IMG/VR virus record: IMGVR_UViG_3300033074_001867
DNA: 20,000 nt
Source: an uncultured virus (IMG/VR IMGVR_UViG_3300033074_001867)
Lineage: Duplodnaviria; Heunggongvirae; Uroviricota; Caudoviricetes
Direction: 5' to 3' (one strand)
A model generated the notes under the pieces. It was not told the DNA's origin, did no database searches, and was given only the letters and a program-made list of their open reading frames with translations. This document shows, piece after piece, positions 1 to 7,953 of the stretch. The position numbers and the translations under genes are program-made. Position 1 is the first letter of the stretch; every line of letters starts with the position of its first letter.

Positions 1-1
1 A

Positions 2-985
2 TCAGCAGGAGCACATACTGTAATTGTAAAAGATGCGAACAACTGTTTAAAGTCTACGGATTACTTCGTAGGTCAGCCAACAGATATTGTAGTTACTAAA
101 ACAGTAACAAATCCTAGTTATACCGGAGCTTCAGACGGTTCGATCGCTCTTGCTATTTCAGGAGGAGCTTATCCTATTGTAACAACATGGGCGGATGGAA
201 CGGTGTTTACACTTGCTTCTGCAGGAAGTATCTTATATGATGGTCTTGCAGCAGGAACATATACAGCAACGGTAGTAGATGCCAATGGTTGTACTAAAAA
301 CGTATCTCAGGCACTTGTTGATCCGCCGGATGTACCACCGGTAGAGCCACCGAATGATGTGGATGTGGACAGGTTCTCTGTAATTGCCAATTGCTGTTTA
401 GGAGATAAGATCTATGAAGTGTTCAAAGGCTATGCAAATGGGCACGTAGCACTGGATTGTATTGCATATCCTGCGATGTTACTGAGTAAAAAAGTGAATT
501 TACTTCGCAAGTGGTACACATTAGGTCAGACCCTTGGCGGGGCAAAAGGAATATTTGTATTCTCGCTCCCTGTCTTTATTGGAAGAACGATCGTTGTTTC
601 AATGGTAGGGCTTCCAACGGTGACGTATGTAGGAATAAACTCAATCACAAACATTACATTATTTATAGCCGCATTGACCACAGCGGGGTATGATGTGGAA
701 TATGAGTCGGATTCAGGATTGATATTTATTTATTCTCCTATGAATTCGTTTTACAACGGAATAGTTCCATCTGTACTTATTACAGAAACAGCAAATGGCA
801 GACCTGTAAAGAGTGGTGTATTAAGCACAACAGGTTTCATGGGTGCGGCAACACCGTGTGTGACAAGTGATAAATTTACTCCCAACTGTTTATCGGTAGA
901 GGACAAGAACTTACTTATTGAACAGATCCGTGTGGCGTGCGATTCATGCTTGTGCGGAGATTATAAAATAAAAGACAGAATATGA
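2..985 (+). CDS. SprB-repeat-containing virion/adhesin-like protein, 5'-truncated by the window
   Basis: Frame is open from base 2 and reads SAGAHTVIVKDANNC...NPSYTGASDGSIALAISGGAYP...W...GLAAGTYTATVVDANGC, matching the SprB repeat pattern; Cys-rich C-terminal part. Confidence 0.8.
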   Translation, partial: SAGAHTVIVKDANNCLKSTDYFVGQPTDIVVTKTVTNPSYTGASDGSIALAISGGAYPIVTTWADGTVFTLASAGSILYDGLAAGTYTATVVDANGCTKNVSQALVDPPDVPPVEPPNDVDVDRFSVIANCCLGDKIYEVFKGYANGHVALDCIAYPAMLLSKKVNLLRKWYTLGQTLGGAKGIFVFSLPVFIGRTIVVSMVGLPTVTYVGINSITNITLFIAALTTAGYDVEYESDSGLIFIYSPMNSFYNGIVPSVLITETANGRPVKSGVLSTTGFMGAATPCVTSDKFTPNCLSVEDKNLLIEQIRVACDSCLCGDYKIKDRI

Positions 986-1488
986 CAACGGCAAAACAAA
1001 AGATATACGATGGGTTCTATACTCTGGTAAATTCTTCTCAGGTATCCGGTATTGATATTTGGAGAGCGATCTCTAATATTAGCGGTATTACGGCAATTGA
1101 AGAGATGAAGGTCTCTATCAGTGCCGAAGCATTGAAGGGAATTGCCTCTTCTCCATTTATTCTGATTTCTGCTCAGGGAGCAGGAACAGCGATACAGGTG
1201 ATTTCTGCGTCAGCACGGGTAAATTTCGGCACGGAGATCTTTGATTCCGGAAAAGATCTGTCTATCTGTTCGGCAGGGCAGCTGGTGAGTCAGTTTGCTT
1301 GTCCGGGAGTATTACAAGCTACGCATGACGGACTATGGGTATTTTCTCCGCCAGCTACAGCAGATGCTCACGAAGATGCGATGGAAGTAAATACTGCATT
1401 GGTGATCTATGATCCTACGGGAACAGATTCTACCGATGGAGATTCTACAATTGACATTTATCTATCTTATAAAGTAATTACACTATAA
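982..1488 (+). CDS. Hypothetical phage structural protein
   Basis: 168-aa ORF with ATGA overlap; beta-rich, Ala/Gly/Thr/Asp-rich; lies in the tail region. Confidence 0.6.
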   Translation: MTTAKQKIYDGFYTLVNSSQVSGIDIWRAISNISGITAIEEMKVSISAEALKGIASSPFILISAQGAGTAIQVISASARVNFGTEIFDSGKDLSICSAGQLVSQFACPGVLQATHDGLWVFSPPATADAHEDAMEVNTALVIYDPTGTDSTDGDSTIDIYLSYKVITL

Positions 1489-2597
1489 TGAGTGCACAGA
1501 CAGAGATACGGGATAGGATATTAGGTGATCTGAAGGATGATAAGATCCTGCAGAATGTCACCTTAGAACGGTTATGGTATTACTTTGAACTGATCGGTGA
1601 TATTACCGGTGGTGGAGGAAGTGGCTTTACGTATGGTGCAGGTGAACCAAGTGGAGGTGCAGATGGGGATTATTATATCCGGACCGATGCAACTCAAATT
1701 TGGTATAACAACGGTGGTACATGGGAAGTGACATTATCACTTACTCCTTTGCAGATTACAGGAGATCAGTTTGCTGCTTTGATTGCTACTCCTGCTGATA
1801 TTATTCAAGGCCAGGTGTATCGTGTGGTTCCTGATGGTGGGGATGCGTTTGCCCTTCCGCTTAGTATTGGTGATATGTATATTACCGGTGGCAATGGAGT
1901 CTTTTTGGCGGGAGCCTTAGCAAATGTTACTCTTACAGGTAGATATGAGTTTGTAACTTATTATACTTCTGACAATACTGTTTTTCAGAATAGTATTTCA
2001 ACTCTTACTGTTGATCTTGCGCAAGCCTATTTTTCGGGGAGTGATATTCAGAATTCCTCTGTGATTGTCAATACAGATTATGTTATTATCAGCGGGATTA
2101 CACCTGTGCTTCCAGCAGGAATATCAAGAATAAAAGGAAAAGCGGTGCTTGACCCATCGGGTAATGTGGTGTGGGATAAAGGGAATTGTGAGGCGTGGGT
2201 TACTGCTTTAGGGTTGTATCTCCCTTGTACGTATGATGTGGCAACGAATAAAGTTTTCTGCAAGTACATCGCATGGGCAGGTAATATTTCGCAGACAGGG
2301 GGAGGCGATGCTGTAATAGATTTAACATTTGTTAATCTGCTTGGTGAAACACCTGTATTTGATGCGTCAGCAGTAGGAGTATTAGACATTCTAACTACTA
2401 CATGGAATTGGACTAATCATAGAGTAATTATGTATTCTCCACACTATTTTGATGGTACTAATCTATGGGCTCCGACAATGAATTTTGGTACTGCTACCCA
2501 ACTACAAATGTTCATGGTAAAGAATAACGGAGATTTAGCAGACGACATCTACAACAATCAATACATCGAACTATCAGTAATCATTTCTAATCTATAA
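1488..2597 (+). CDS. Putative tail fibre / tail-associated protein
   Basis: Motif GAGEPSGGADGDYYIRTD..IW....GTW typical of phage tail fibre repeats; acidic and beta-rich; TAATG coupling to the upstream gene. Confidence 0.6.
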   Translation: MSAQTEIRDRILGDLKDDKILQNVTLERLWYYFELIGDITGGGGSGFTYGAGEPSGGADGDYYIRTDATQIWYNNGGTWEVTLSLTPLQITGDQFAALIATPADIIQGQVYRVVPDGGDAFALPLSIGDMYITGGNGVFLAGALANVTLTGRYEFVTYYTSDNTVFQNSISTLTVDLAQAYFSGSDIQNSSVIVNTDYVIISGITPVLPAGISRIKGKAVLDPSGNVVWDKGNCEAWVTALGLYLPCTYDVATNKVFCKYIAWAGNISQTGGGDAVIDLTFVNLLGETPVFDASAVGVLDILTTTWNWTNHRVIMYSPHYFDGTNLWAPTMNFGTATQLQMFMVKNNGDLADDIYNNQYIELSVIISNL

Positions 2598-2610
2598 CAA
2601 CAAAAACAAA

Positions 2611-2835
2611 ATGGCACAATTCACCGCTGACATCGCAGCCTATTATTTATCAGATGAAAACCGTTTCAATGTTGCTGCGGCTCACGCTTTAGTAACAGGA
2701 AATTCAAACGCCTACAACTCATTATTGAAAGCAGTTTCAGAACTTGAAACAACGCTAACAGAGGCAGACCAAATCTCTGACCTTGCTTATTGGGCGATGA
2801 AAGATGAAATTAATTCATTAACACTACCTGAGTAA
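2611..2835 (+). CDS. Hypothetical protein
   Basis: 74-aa ORF with A-rich leader typical of Bacteroidota. Confidence 0.65.
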   Translation: MAQFTADIAAYYLSDENRFNVAAAHALVTGNSNAYNSLLKAVSELETTLTEADQISDLAYWAMKDEINSLTLPE

Positions 2836-2836
2836 T

Positions 2837-2923
2837 TTGAAAAACCTATCAACACTACGCTTGCTATTAATCTGCGCTATTGGTGCAATAGTAGTAAGTG
2901 TAGTACTGATGCTAACAAACTAA
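2837..2923 (+). CDS. Small single-TM peptide (28 aa, TTG start)
   Basis: Hand translation MKNLSTLRLLLICAIGAIVVSVVLMLTN; starts 1 nt after the previous stop. Confidence 0.4.
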   Translation: MKNLSTLRLLLICAIGAIVVSVVLMLTN

Positions 2924-2926
2924 AAC

Positions 2927-3016
2927 ATGGAAAAGTCTAAACCATCAACACTATCTATATTTTTAGTAGTGGCGTTGTTTTGGGGGATTCTTTTCTATAT
3001 GATATTTCACAGTTAA
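2927..3016 (+). CDS. Small single-TM peptide (29 aa)
   Basis: Hand translation MEKSKPSTLSIFLVVALFWGILFYMIFHS; fills the gap between neighbouring genes. Confidence 0.5.
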   Translation: MEKSKPSTLSIFLVVALFWGILFYMIFHS

Positions 3017-3026
3017 AAACTAACAC

Positions 3027-3878
3027 ATGGCAAAAAAAGCAATAGCATTATCAAAAGCAGTTCCATTAAATACCGTAAAAGCAGTATCAGTTAACAACGG
3101 TATGAGTGGATGGTACAATAATACCCTGAAACCATTGTTATCATCTAACTACGGTAAAGCTGATTTGGATTGGATGATTAAAAACAAACAAAATCCTACG
3201 GGATGGGATTTGAATACTTTTTATGACAATGGTTCTTTGCTCGGTAATTCTAAATTCCCGCAGTGTGTCCTCAATGCTTACAATGCAAAGATAAAAGTCG
3301 GTATTCCTTTTTCTGCTGACTCAGAGGTGAATCAGGCTATCAACTACAACAGAGCGCAAACCGATTCACGCAAACGTATTTCACACATTGTTTCTGAAAT
3401 TGAAGACTACGGAAACGGAAATGCCACCCCTGCTGAATTTAAAACGCTAATGGAGAATAACTACATCAAGGCAAAAGGTGCGGGGATTCGATTTGGTTGT
3501 TATAACGGCTGGACAAAACAGTGGGATATGGTAGTAAAAAATACCGACTTCTTATTACTTCATTGCTATATTCCGTCTGCTAATATGAGTAGCGGTAAAA
3601 AATTGTATGACTATCTATGTGGAAGTTCAAATACTGACCGATTACCAAAGATTGCTACAGCAGCAAAAGCATTGGGTAAAATTTATCCGGTATCAATTAT
3701 CTATTCATCAGAAGCGGCCTACGGACAGACATTCTTTAAAACAAACGCATGGACAAAAGCACATGAATTGTTTTTGGAATACTATGCAACAAAAGCTACT
3801 GCTAACATGAAGTCAAATATCATTATTGACGGATGTTATCAGTTCGTAACAAAAACAGGAAAAGTATCAAAACCATAA
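3027..3878 (+). CDS. Hypothetical protein, possible TIM-barrel glycoside hydrolase
   Basis: Alternating beta/alpha pattern with HIVSEIE, FGCYNGW, DFLLLHCY and IIYSSE motifs reminiscent of glycoside hydrolase barrels; family not identified. Confidence 0.45.
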   Translation: MAKKAIALSKAVPLNTVKAVSVNNGMSGWYNNTLKPLLSSNYGKADLDWMIKNKQNPTGWDLNTFYDNGSLLGNSKFPQCVLNAYNAKIKVGIPFSADSEVNQAINYNRAQTDSRKRISHIVSEIEDYGNGNATPAEFKTLMENNYIKAKGAGIRFGCYNGWTKQWDMVVKNTDFLLLHCYIPSANMSSGKKLYDYLCGSSNTDRLPKIATAAKALGKIYPVSIIYSSEAAYGQTFFKTNAWTKAHELFLEYYATKATANMKSNIIIDGCYQFVTKTGKVSKP

Positions 3879-3883
3879 ATAAA

Positions 3884-4129
3884 ATGGCAACAAGTTATTA
3901 TAAGAAAATAAGCACCTCTCCTGCTGTATCGATCTATTACAAGGAGACAGAATCCAAGATCATTGAGATCACGTTTTCTGAGAACACATGCACTTCTAAG
4001 ATCGTAGAGGAAAAGCAGCCAAGTACGGTATCTGCAACAGTGTGTGAATTTGAAAGGGCGGTAGTTGCGGTGAATCAGTTTTCCATTAATGGAGAGGAGC
4101 CGGCTGAAGATATTTATCCGAAGTCTTGA
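3884..4129 (+). CDS. Hypothetical protein
   Basis: Start moved to the ATG at 3884 (MATSYYKK), just after the previous stop. Confidence 0.6.
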   Translation: MATSYYKKISTSPAVSIYYKETESKIIEITFSENTCTSKIVEEKQPSTVSATVCEFERAVVAVNQFSINGEEPAEDIYPKS

Positions 4130-4557
4130 TTACAGCAAAGAAGATATCTTTTTTATCGCTACTGACCTTTGTTGGTGGAAGTGCGGTAAGTATCTATGCT
4201 TTCAGGCACTGGCATGTGCTTCCTGCAGAAATGCGGGGAGAGTTTGCCAGAAACACCAGAAGCATCTATTTGTTGCTGTTCATTGTTTCCTACTGGTTAT
4301 TAACAATTGCCTATGTTAAAAAAGAAGATACTATTGTATCTTTTGCGATGAAAATCATTGCATTTGATGTAGTATTTTTAGCAGTATACAATGTGTATGA
4401 CTGTTATAGCGGTTCCTGGGGAACGATCTCTGCTTCGGAACATTTGTTTTTAACAGTAGTAATCGTTGTGAATACTATCCGGATTTCTTTATATAAATAC
4501 CATACCAAGGATCTGTATGAAGGATTTAAAAAGAAGATAAGAGAAATGATCAAATGA
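4126..4557 (+). CDS. Multi-pass membrane protein (lysis region)
   Basis: About 4 hydrophobic segments and a basic C-terminus. Confidence 0.65.
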   Translation: MITAKKISFLSLLTFVGGSAVSIYAFRHWHVLPAEMRGEFARNTRSIYLLLFIVSYWLLTIAYVKKEDTIVSFAMKIIAFDVVFLAVYNVYDCYSGSWGTISASEHLFLTVVIVVNTIRISLYKYHTKDLYEGFKKKIREMIK

Positions 4558-4871
4558 CCCACATTTGCCAGTTCATAGTACCAACACTAAAAAAAACAGT
4601 AATTATGAATCAATTAGAACAAATAGACTATAAAGACATGAACGCTACAGAAGCATTCGCATTTACAACCATTTGTACTGTCTTGAGTGTCATATCAGCA
4701 TCTTATCTGAAATCATTTTGTGTGGTATTGGATTACATTCTGATTGATTTTCTCTATGGGTGTGCAAAACTGGTACCCTTCTTCTCTCTGTATCTTGCTC
4801 ACAGCGGGAAGATCAACCGGAATATAGCAAAAGTGTATAAGTGGGTAAAGAGAAAGGCCGGGATGAAATGA
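4554..4871 (+). CDS. Holin-like membrane protein
   Basis: Two hydrophobic segments and a basic amphipathic C-tail; true start may be the downstream Met of MNQLEQ. Confidence 0.5.
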   Translation: MTHICQFIVPTLKKTVIMNQLEQIDYKDMNATEAFAFTTICTVLSVISASYLKSFCVVLDYILIDFLYGCAKLVPFFSLYLAHSGKINRNIAKVYKWVKRKAGMK

Positions 4872-5116
4872 CAGAACACATCGGGAAACCGTCCATACAG
4901 AATTTCTTTAAGCCCCGTCCTAAAAAGATGCGGGTAATCGGTGGCTGGATGCAATCTTTGGCAACTACCTCAGCAATTACTACTTTTATCACCGATGACA
5001 AAACCATCAGGATAATCGGTATCGTGCTCTGGTCGGTTGGTCAATTAGGTGATCTGATCACAAAACTATATTCCAAAGAAATTGAAGAGGATGAAAAAAA
5101 TGATAATTTAAACTAA
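4868..5116 (+). CDS. Putative holin
   Basis: ATGA-coupled start at 4868; basic PRPKKMRVIG segment, two TM segments and a charged tail. Confidence 0.55.
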   Translation: MTEHIGKPSIQNFFKPRPKKMRVIGGWMQSLATTSAITTFITDDKTIRIIGIVLWSVGQLGDLITKLYSKEIEEDEKNDNLN

Positions 5117-5127
5117 ACAAAAACCAA

Positions 5128-5592
5128 ATGAAAAAACTCAAAAATTACTTGCTTGTTGCAGTACTTGCAACATTAACAACCTTCGCATTTGCGCAAGGTG
5201 ATTCCATTGTGCCGGTAGATACTGCTACTGAAGTAGTGGCCGGAGATACAGGCGTAACAACTCCTACTTCTCCTGCTCTGCCATCGATCACAAAAGACTT
5301 TACTGCTCTTAGTTTGCCGGTATTGGCGTGGATCGGTATCGGATTCTTAGGGTACTTTATCACTCGTTTCCGGATTGCTTTTGCAGGAACAACTACTCCG
5401 TTTAACTTAGGGATTTGGTTCCAGCGAAACTATATGAATGTGGCTTATATCATAATCGCATTGGTATGTATTCATGTATTTAAAATACCACTGTCCCCAC
5501 TTGAAGGAATTGCTCTTGGAGCCTCACCGAATTTACTGATCGACTGGATCCAGAGAGAGATAAAAGCAACCGGTTTACCTAATCTCGGATAA
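5128..5592 (+). CDS. Signal-peptide-bearing membrane protein (holin/antiholin-like)
   Basis: Sec signal MKKLK...AFA|Q, Thr/Pro linker, then 2-3 TM segments. Confidence 0.6.
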   Translation: MKKLKNYLLVAVLATLTTFAFAQGDSIVPVDTATEVVAGDTGVTTPTSPALPSITKDFTALSLPVLAWIGIGFLGYFITRFRIAFAGTTTPFNLGIWFQRNYMNVAYIIIALVCIHVFKIPLSPLEGIALGASPNLLIDWIQREIKATGLPNLG

Positions 5593-5594
5593 TC

Positions 5595-5897
5595 ATGACA
5601 GCAACCAAAAAGAAGATCGCTACTATTCCTGCACATCGAATTGATGTAGTGAAGGAAAAAGGAACACGGGTAAAAAATGGCTTTAATTATCAGGAAGTCA
5701 TTGATGGTCCGAAAGGTCGTAATGTGATTCATAAAGGAGTCGGTTACGATGATTATACTCAGGCGTTACGTGCAGGGAAACGTGCCGCTGACCGACTGAT
5801 GGATGATCTGAAAGTATACTTTAATGGGGTTTTGAAATACACTCCAAAAAGTGTTGCTGAACGATTTGAAAAATACCTTTCAAAGAAGAAAAAATAA
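5595..5897 (+). CDS. Basic hypothetical protein, weak YegP/DUF1508-like motif
   Basis: FNYQEVIDGPKGRNVIHKGVGYDDYTQALRA resembles the YegP pattern. Confidence 0.5.
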   Translation: MTATKKKIATIPAHRIDVVKEKGTRVKNGFNYQEVIDGPKGRNVIHKGVGYDDYTQALRAGKRAADRLMDDLKVYFNGVLKYTPKSVAERFEKYLSKKKK

Positions 5898-5923
5898 TTA
5901 CCATGTTTTAAGGTTTATTACGG

Positions 5924-5958
5924 AAGCACTGTATCTTAGTTGACACAGTGCTTTTTTT
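5924..5958 (+). terminator. Rho-independent terminator
   Basis: Stem AAGCACTGT/ACAGTGCTT followed by a T run, directly after the + strand operon. Confidence 0.8.
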
Positions 5959-6017
5959 ATTTCATTAATATATTTATTGGGACAATAGATTCTCATAACT
6001 GTTGCGTCAATATAGAT

Positions 6018-6372
6018 GTTAGCGGTCAGGCTAAAACAACGAAGCAGCTAATTCGCAACCTGCATTATCATCGCTTACATCTAATCCCGCAAATGGTCTT
6101 TGGTAGTTAAGTCTGTGAACTTTTCTAACATCAGGTTGCTTAACATTTCGTGCTTCAATAAAAAGCGTTCCATTTTCATCTTTTACAAAATCACATTCAA
6201 CATAATCATTGGCATCATAAGCCTGCTGTAATGTTTCAAATTTTGTAGTGTCAAAGAAATCATCAAATGTTCCTCTGCTTTTTTGTTTCCCAAATAGGTA
6301 AATTTTTTCGTAACTCATTTTTCTTATTATTAAACTTTAGACTTCTAAAAGCGGAGAAGCCCGAACCGCTAA
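6018..6372 (-). mobile_element. IR-flanked single-gene cassette (attC-like ends)
   Basis: GTTAGCGGTCAGGCT (6018-6032) and AGCCCGAACCGCTAA (6358-6372) are imperfect inverted repeats bracketing the 95-aa ORF. Confidence 0.5.
6031..6318 (-). CDS. Hypothetical protein (cassette cargo)
   Basis: 95-aa ORF opposite to its neighbours, with A-rich leader; stop codon overlaps the left IR. Confidence 0.7.
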   Translation of the reverse strand: MSYEKIYLFGKQKSRGTFDDFFDTTKFETLQQAYDANDYVECDFVKDENGTLFIEARNVKQPDVRKVHRLNYQRPFAGLDVSDDNAGCELAASLF

Positions 6373-6479
6373 TGCTACTTTTTTTTCGATTTTAATAATT
6401 TCACTTTTGAGCATAAAATGGGCAATTATTACTATTGTTACTGTACTAAGTGTTACTGTTATCAAAGAAAACCAGAGAA

Positions 6480-6890
6480 GGAGTTTGTTGAGAGAAGAGC
6501 AAAGTTCTGTCTAAGAAATACGTTTCCGTACCTCTTAGAACAGCTCATTGCAAAAAGAAAACCATGTCGGTCGCCCGCTTCGCTTCGAGATCAGGTCTTA
6601 ATAATCTATCCTGACTGAGAAATTTTATCGCCGGATTATCGGCTATTGGCTTGGGTCATTTCTCTTTAGTTCTAACCCTGACGGTTGCCACGTCCCACAG
6701 TACCGTCTTTTTACTCAGGAACATGCTGCCAGCTTTCTGTAATCCAGACCACGTCCTGTTATGAACGGGAAATCCCAGCTAACCTTTCGGCGCCGGGACT
6801 TTTACAAATAACAAAAATCAGTTACCTGACTCTATTAATTTTCTTTGTTAAAAAAACCTGATACTCTGATTTTTATTATTGTAATTCCCG
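6480..6890 (-). ncRNA. Candidate large structured non-coding RNA / long leader
   Basis: At least six stems; G-U wobbles and two GAAA tetraloops read on the minus strand; consensus promoter immediately upstream; no credible ORF. Confidence 0.6.
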
Positions 6891-6895
6891 TGCCA

Positions 6896-6928
6896 CAAAG
6901 ATACACACATAGATTTATTCCATGCAAA
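6896..6928 (-). promoter_or_regulatory. Bacteroidota primary-sigma promoter
   Basis: Minus strand TTTG (6928-6925) - 21 nt - TATCTTTG (6903-6896), matching TTTG-N19-21-TAnnTTTG. Confidence 0.75.
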
Positions 6929-6947
6929 TATTTTTTACATTTACTTC

Positions 6948-7535
6948 ATGGAAAACCGAATAAAGTGGGTAGTATGCGTAATTCTTGCAATAATCGCACT
7001 TTTTATTTTGAATAAATTTGCTGACAAAAAGGAAATTCCGGACCAAGTGACGGTAATTGTACAGGATTCAAGTAAATTCGAGGTGAGTAATCCTGCTCCC
7101 AAGATCACTATTCCGCCGGCCAATTATGATTTTGGATGGATAAACCAGATGCAGTCAATCGATTCCTTAAAAATGGCATTGATACAGGCTATTACGGACG
7201 CTAAGACGGTGCGTGAATACGACAGCACTCATATAGCCAAAAACACTTCCGGCGATACCCTGGCAATCGCTACACTGAAACAAACAGTAACAGACAACCG
7301 TTTGAGTAAATACTCTTTGAACATAAAGACTTTTAATAAAGAAACGACTATTCGGGAGCAGTTGAAGTGGGGGATTATGGGTGGCGTTCAGTTTCGAAAG
7401 GATTCTACTACTCACTTGGATCTGCAAGCCGATGTAATGCTGCCGAAAATGACTTTGAGTGGATTTAAAGAAATTGGGGGCAATGGCTTTGGAATGGGAA
7501 TAAAATTACCAATCATAAAAAACTATGGCAAGTAG
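6948..7535 (+). CDS. Spanin-like / lysis-associated membrane-anchored protein
   Basis: N-terminal TM anchor, extended middle region, C-terminal amphipathic beta strands (WGIMGGV...GFGMGIKL); overlaps the endolysin start. Confidence 0.5.
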   Translation: MENRIKWVVCVILAIIALFILNKFADKKEIPDQVTVIVQDSSKFEVSNPAPKITIPPANYDFGWINQMQSIDSLKMALIQAITDAKTVREYDSTHIAKNTSGDTLAIATLKQTVTDNRLSKYSLNIKTFNKETTIREQLKWGIMGGVQFRKDSTTHLDLQADVMLPKMTLSGFKEIGGNGFGMGIKLPIIKNYGK

Positions 7536-7953
7536 AAACATTGCAGACTGCGTACCTGAACTACAGGTAGCATGGACAGACTCTCAGGCGGAGTGGAAAC
7601 AACTATTCCCTGATCAACCACAACCATTTTTAACATGCACGCACCGGCCCGATGAAGAGCAGGAAATTCTCTACATGATGAATAAGAACGGCAAGGATGA
7701 TGATGGTGATGGAAAAATCGATGAAGGAGATGAATGGAGAAGTAATGCCAAGCCCGGACAGAGCAAGCATAATAAGTTTCCTGCCCAGGCTCTTGATATT
7801 GCTTTTAAGAATTCGAAAGGTAAACTGGATTGGTCAGAGAAGCTATTTGCCGGATTTGCTATTTTAATGAAGAAAAGAGGTATAAAGTGGGGTGGCGATT
7901 GGGTAAGTTTAAAAAAATCCAAAAAAAATGACACTCCTCACTTTGAGGTTTGA
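7525..7953 (+). CDS. Endolysin, peptidase M15 family (L-Ala-D-Glu peptidase-like)
   Basis: Motifs TCTHR..EEQ, SKH....AQALD, WGGDW and DTPHFE (Zn ligands H, D, H). Confidence 0.9.
   Translation: MASRNIADCVPELQVAWTDSQAEWKQLFPDQPQPFLTCTHRPDEEQEILYMMNKNGKDDDGDGKIDEGDEWRSNAKPGQSKHNKFPAQALDIAFKNSKGKLDWSEKLFAGFAILMKKRGIKWGGDWVSLKKSKKNDTPHFEV

Noticed and set aside
6418..6618. 66-aa + strand ORF
   Set aside because: Low-complexity translation lying antisense to the structured region; probably spurious.
6480..6890. RNase P, tmRNA or group II intron identity for the structured region
   Set aside because: AAAAGUCC and AGACAGAAC resemble RNase P conserved regions but the P4 pairing is absent; no tRNA-like ends and no domain V.
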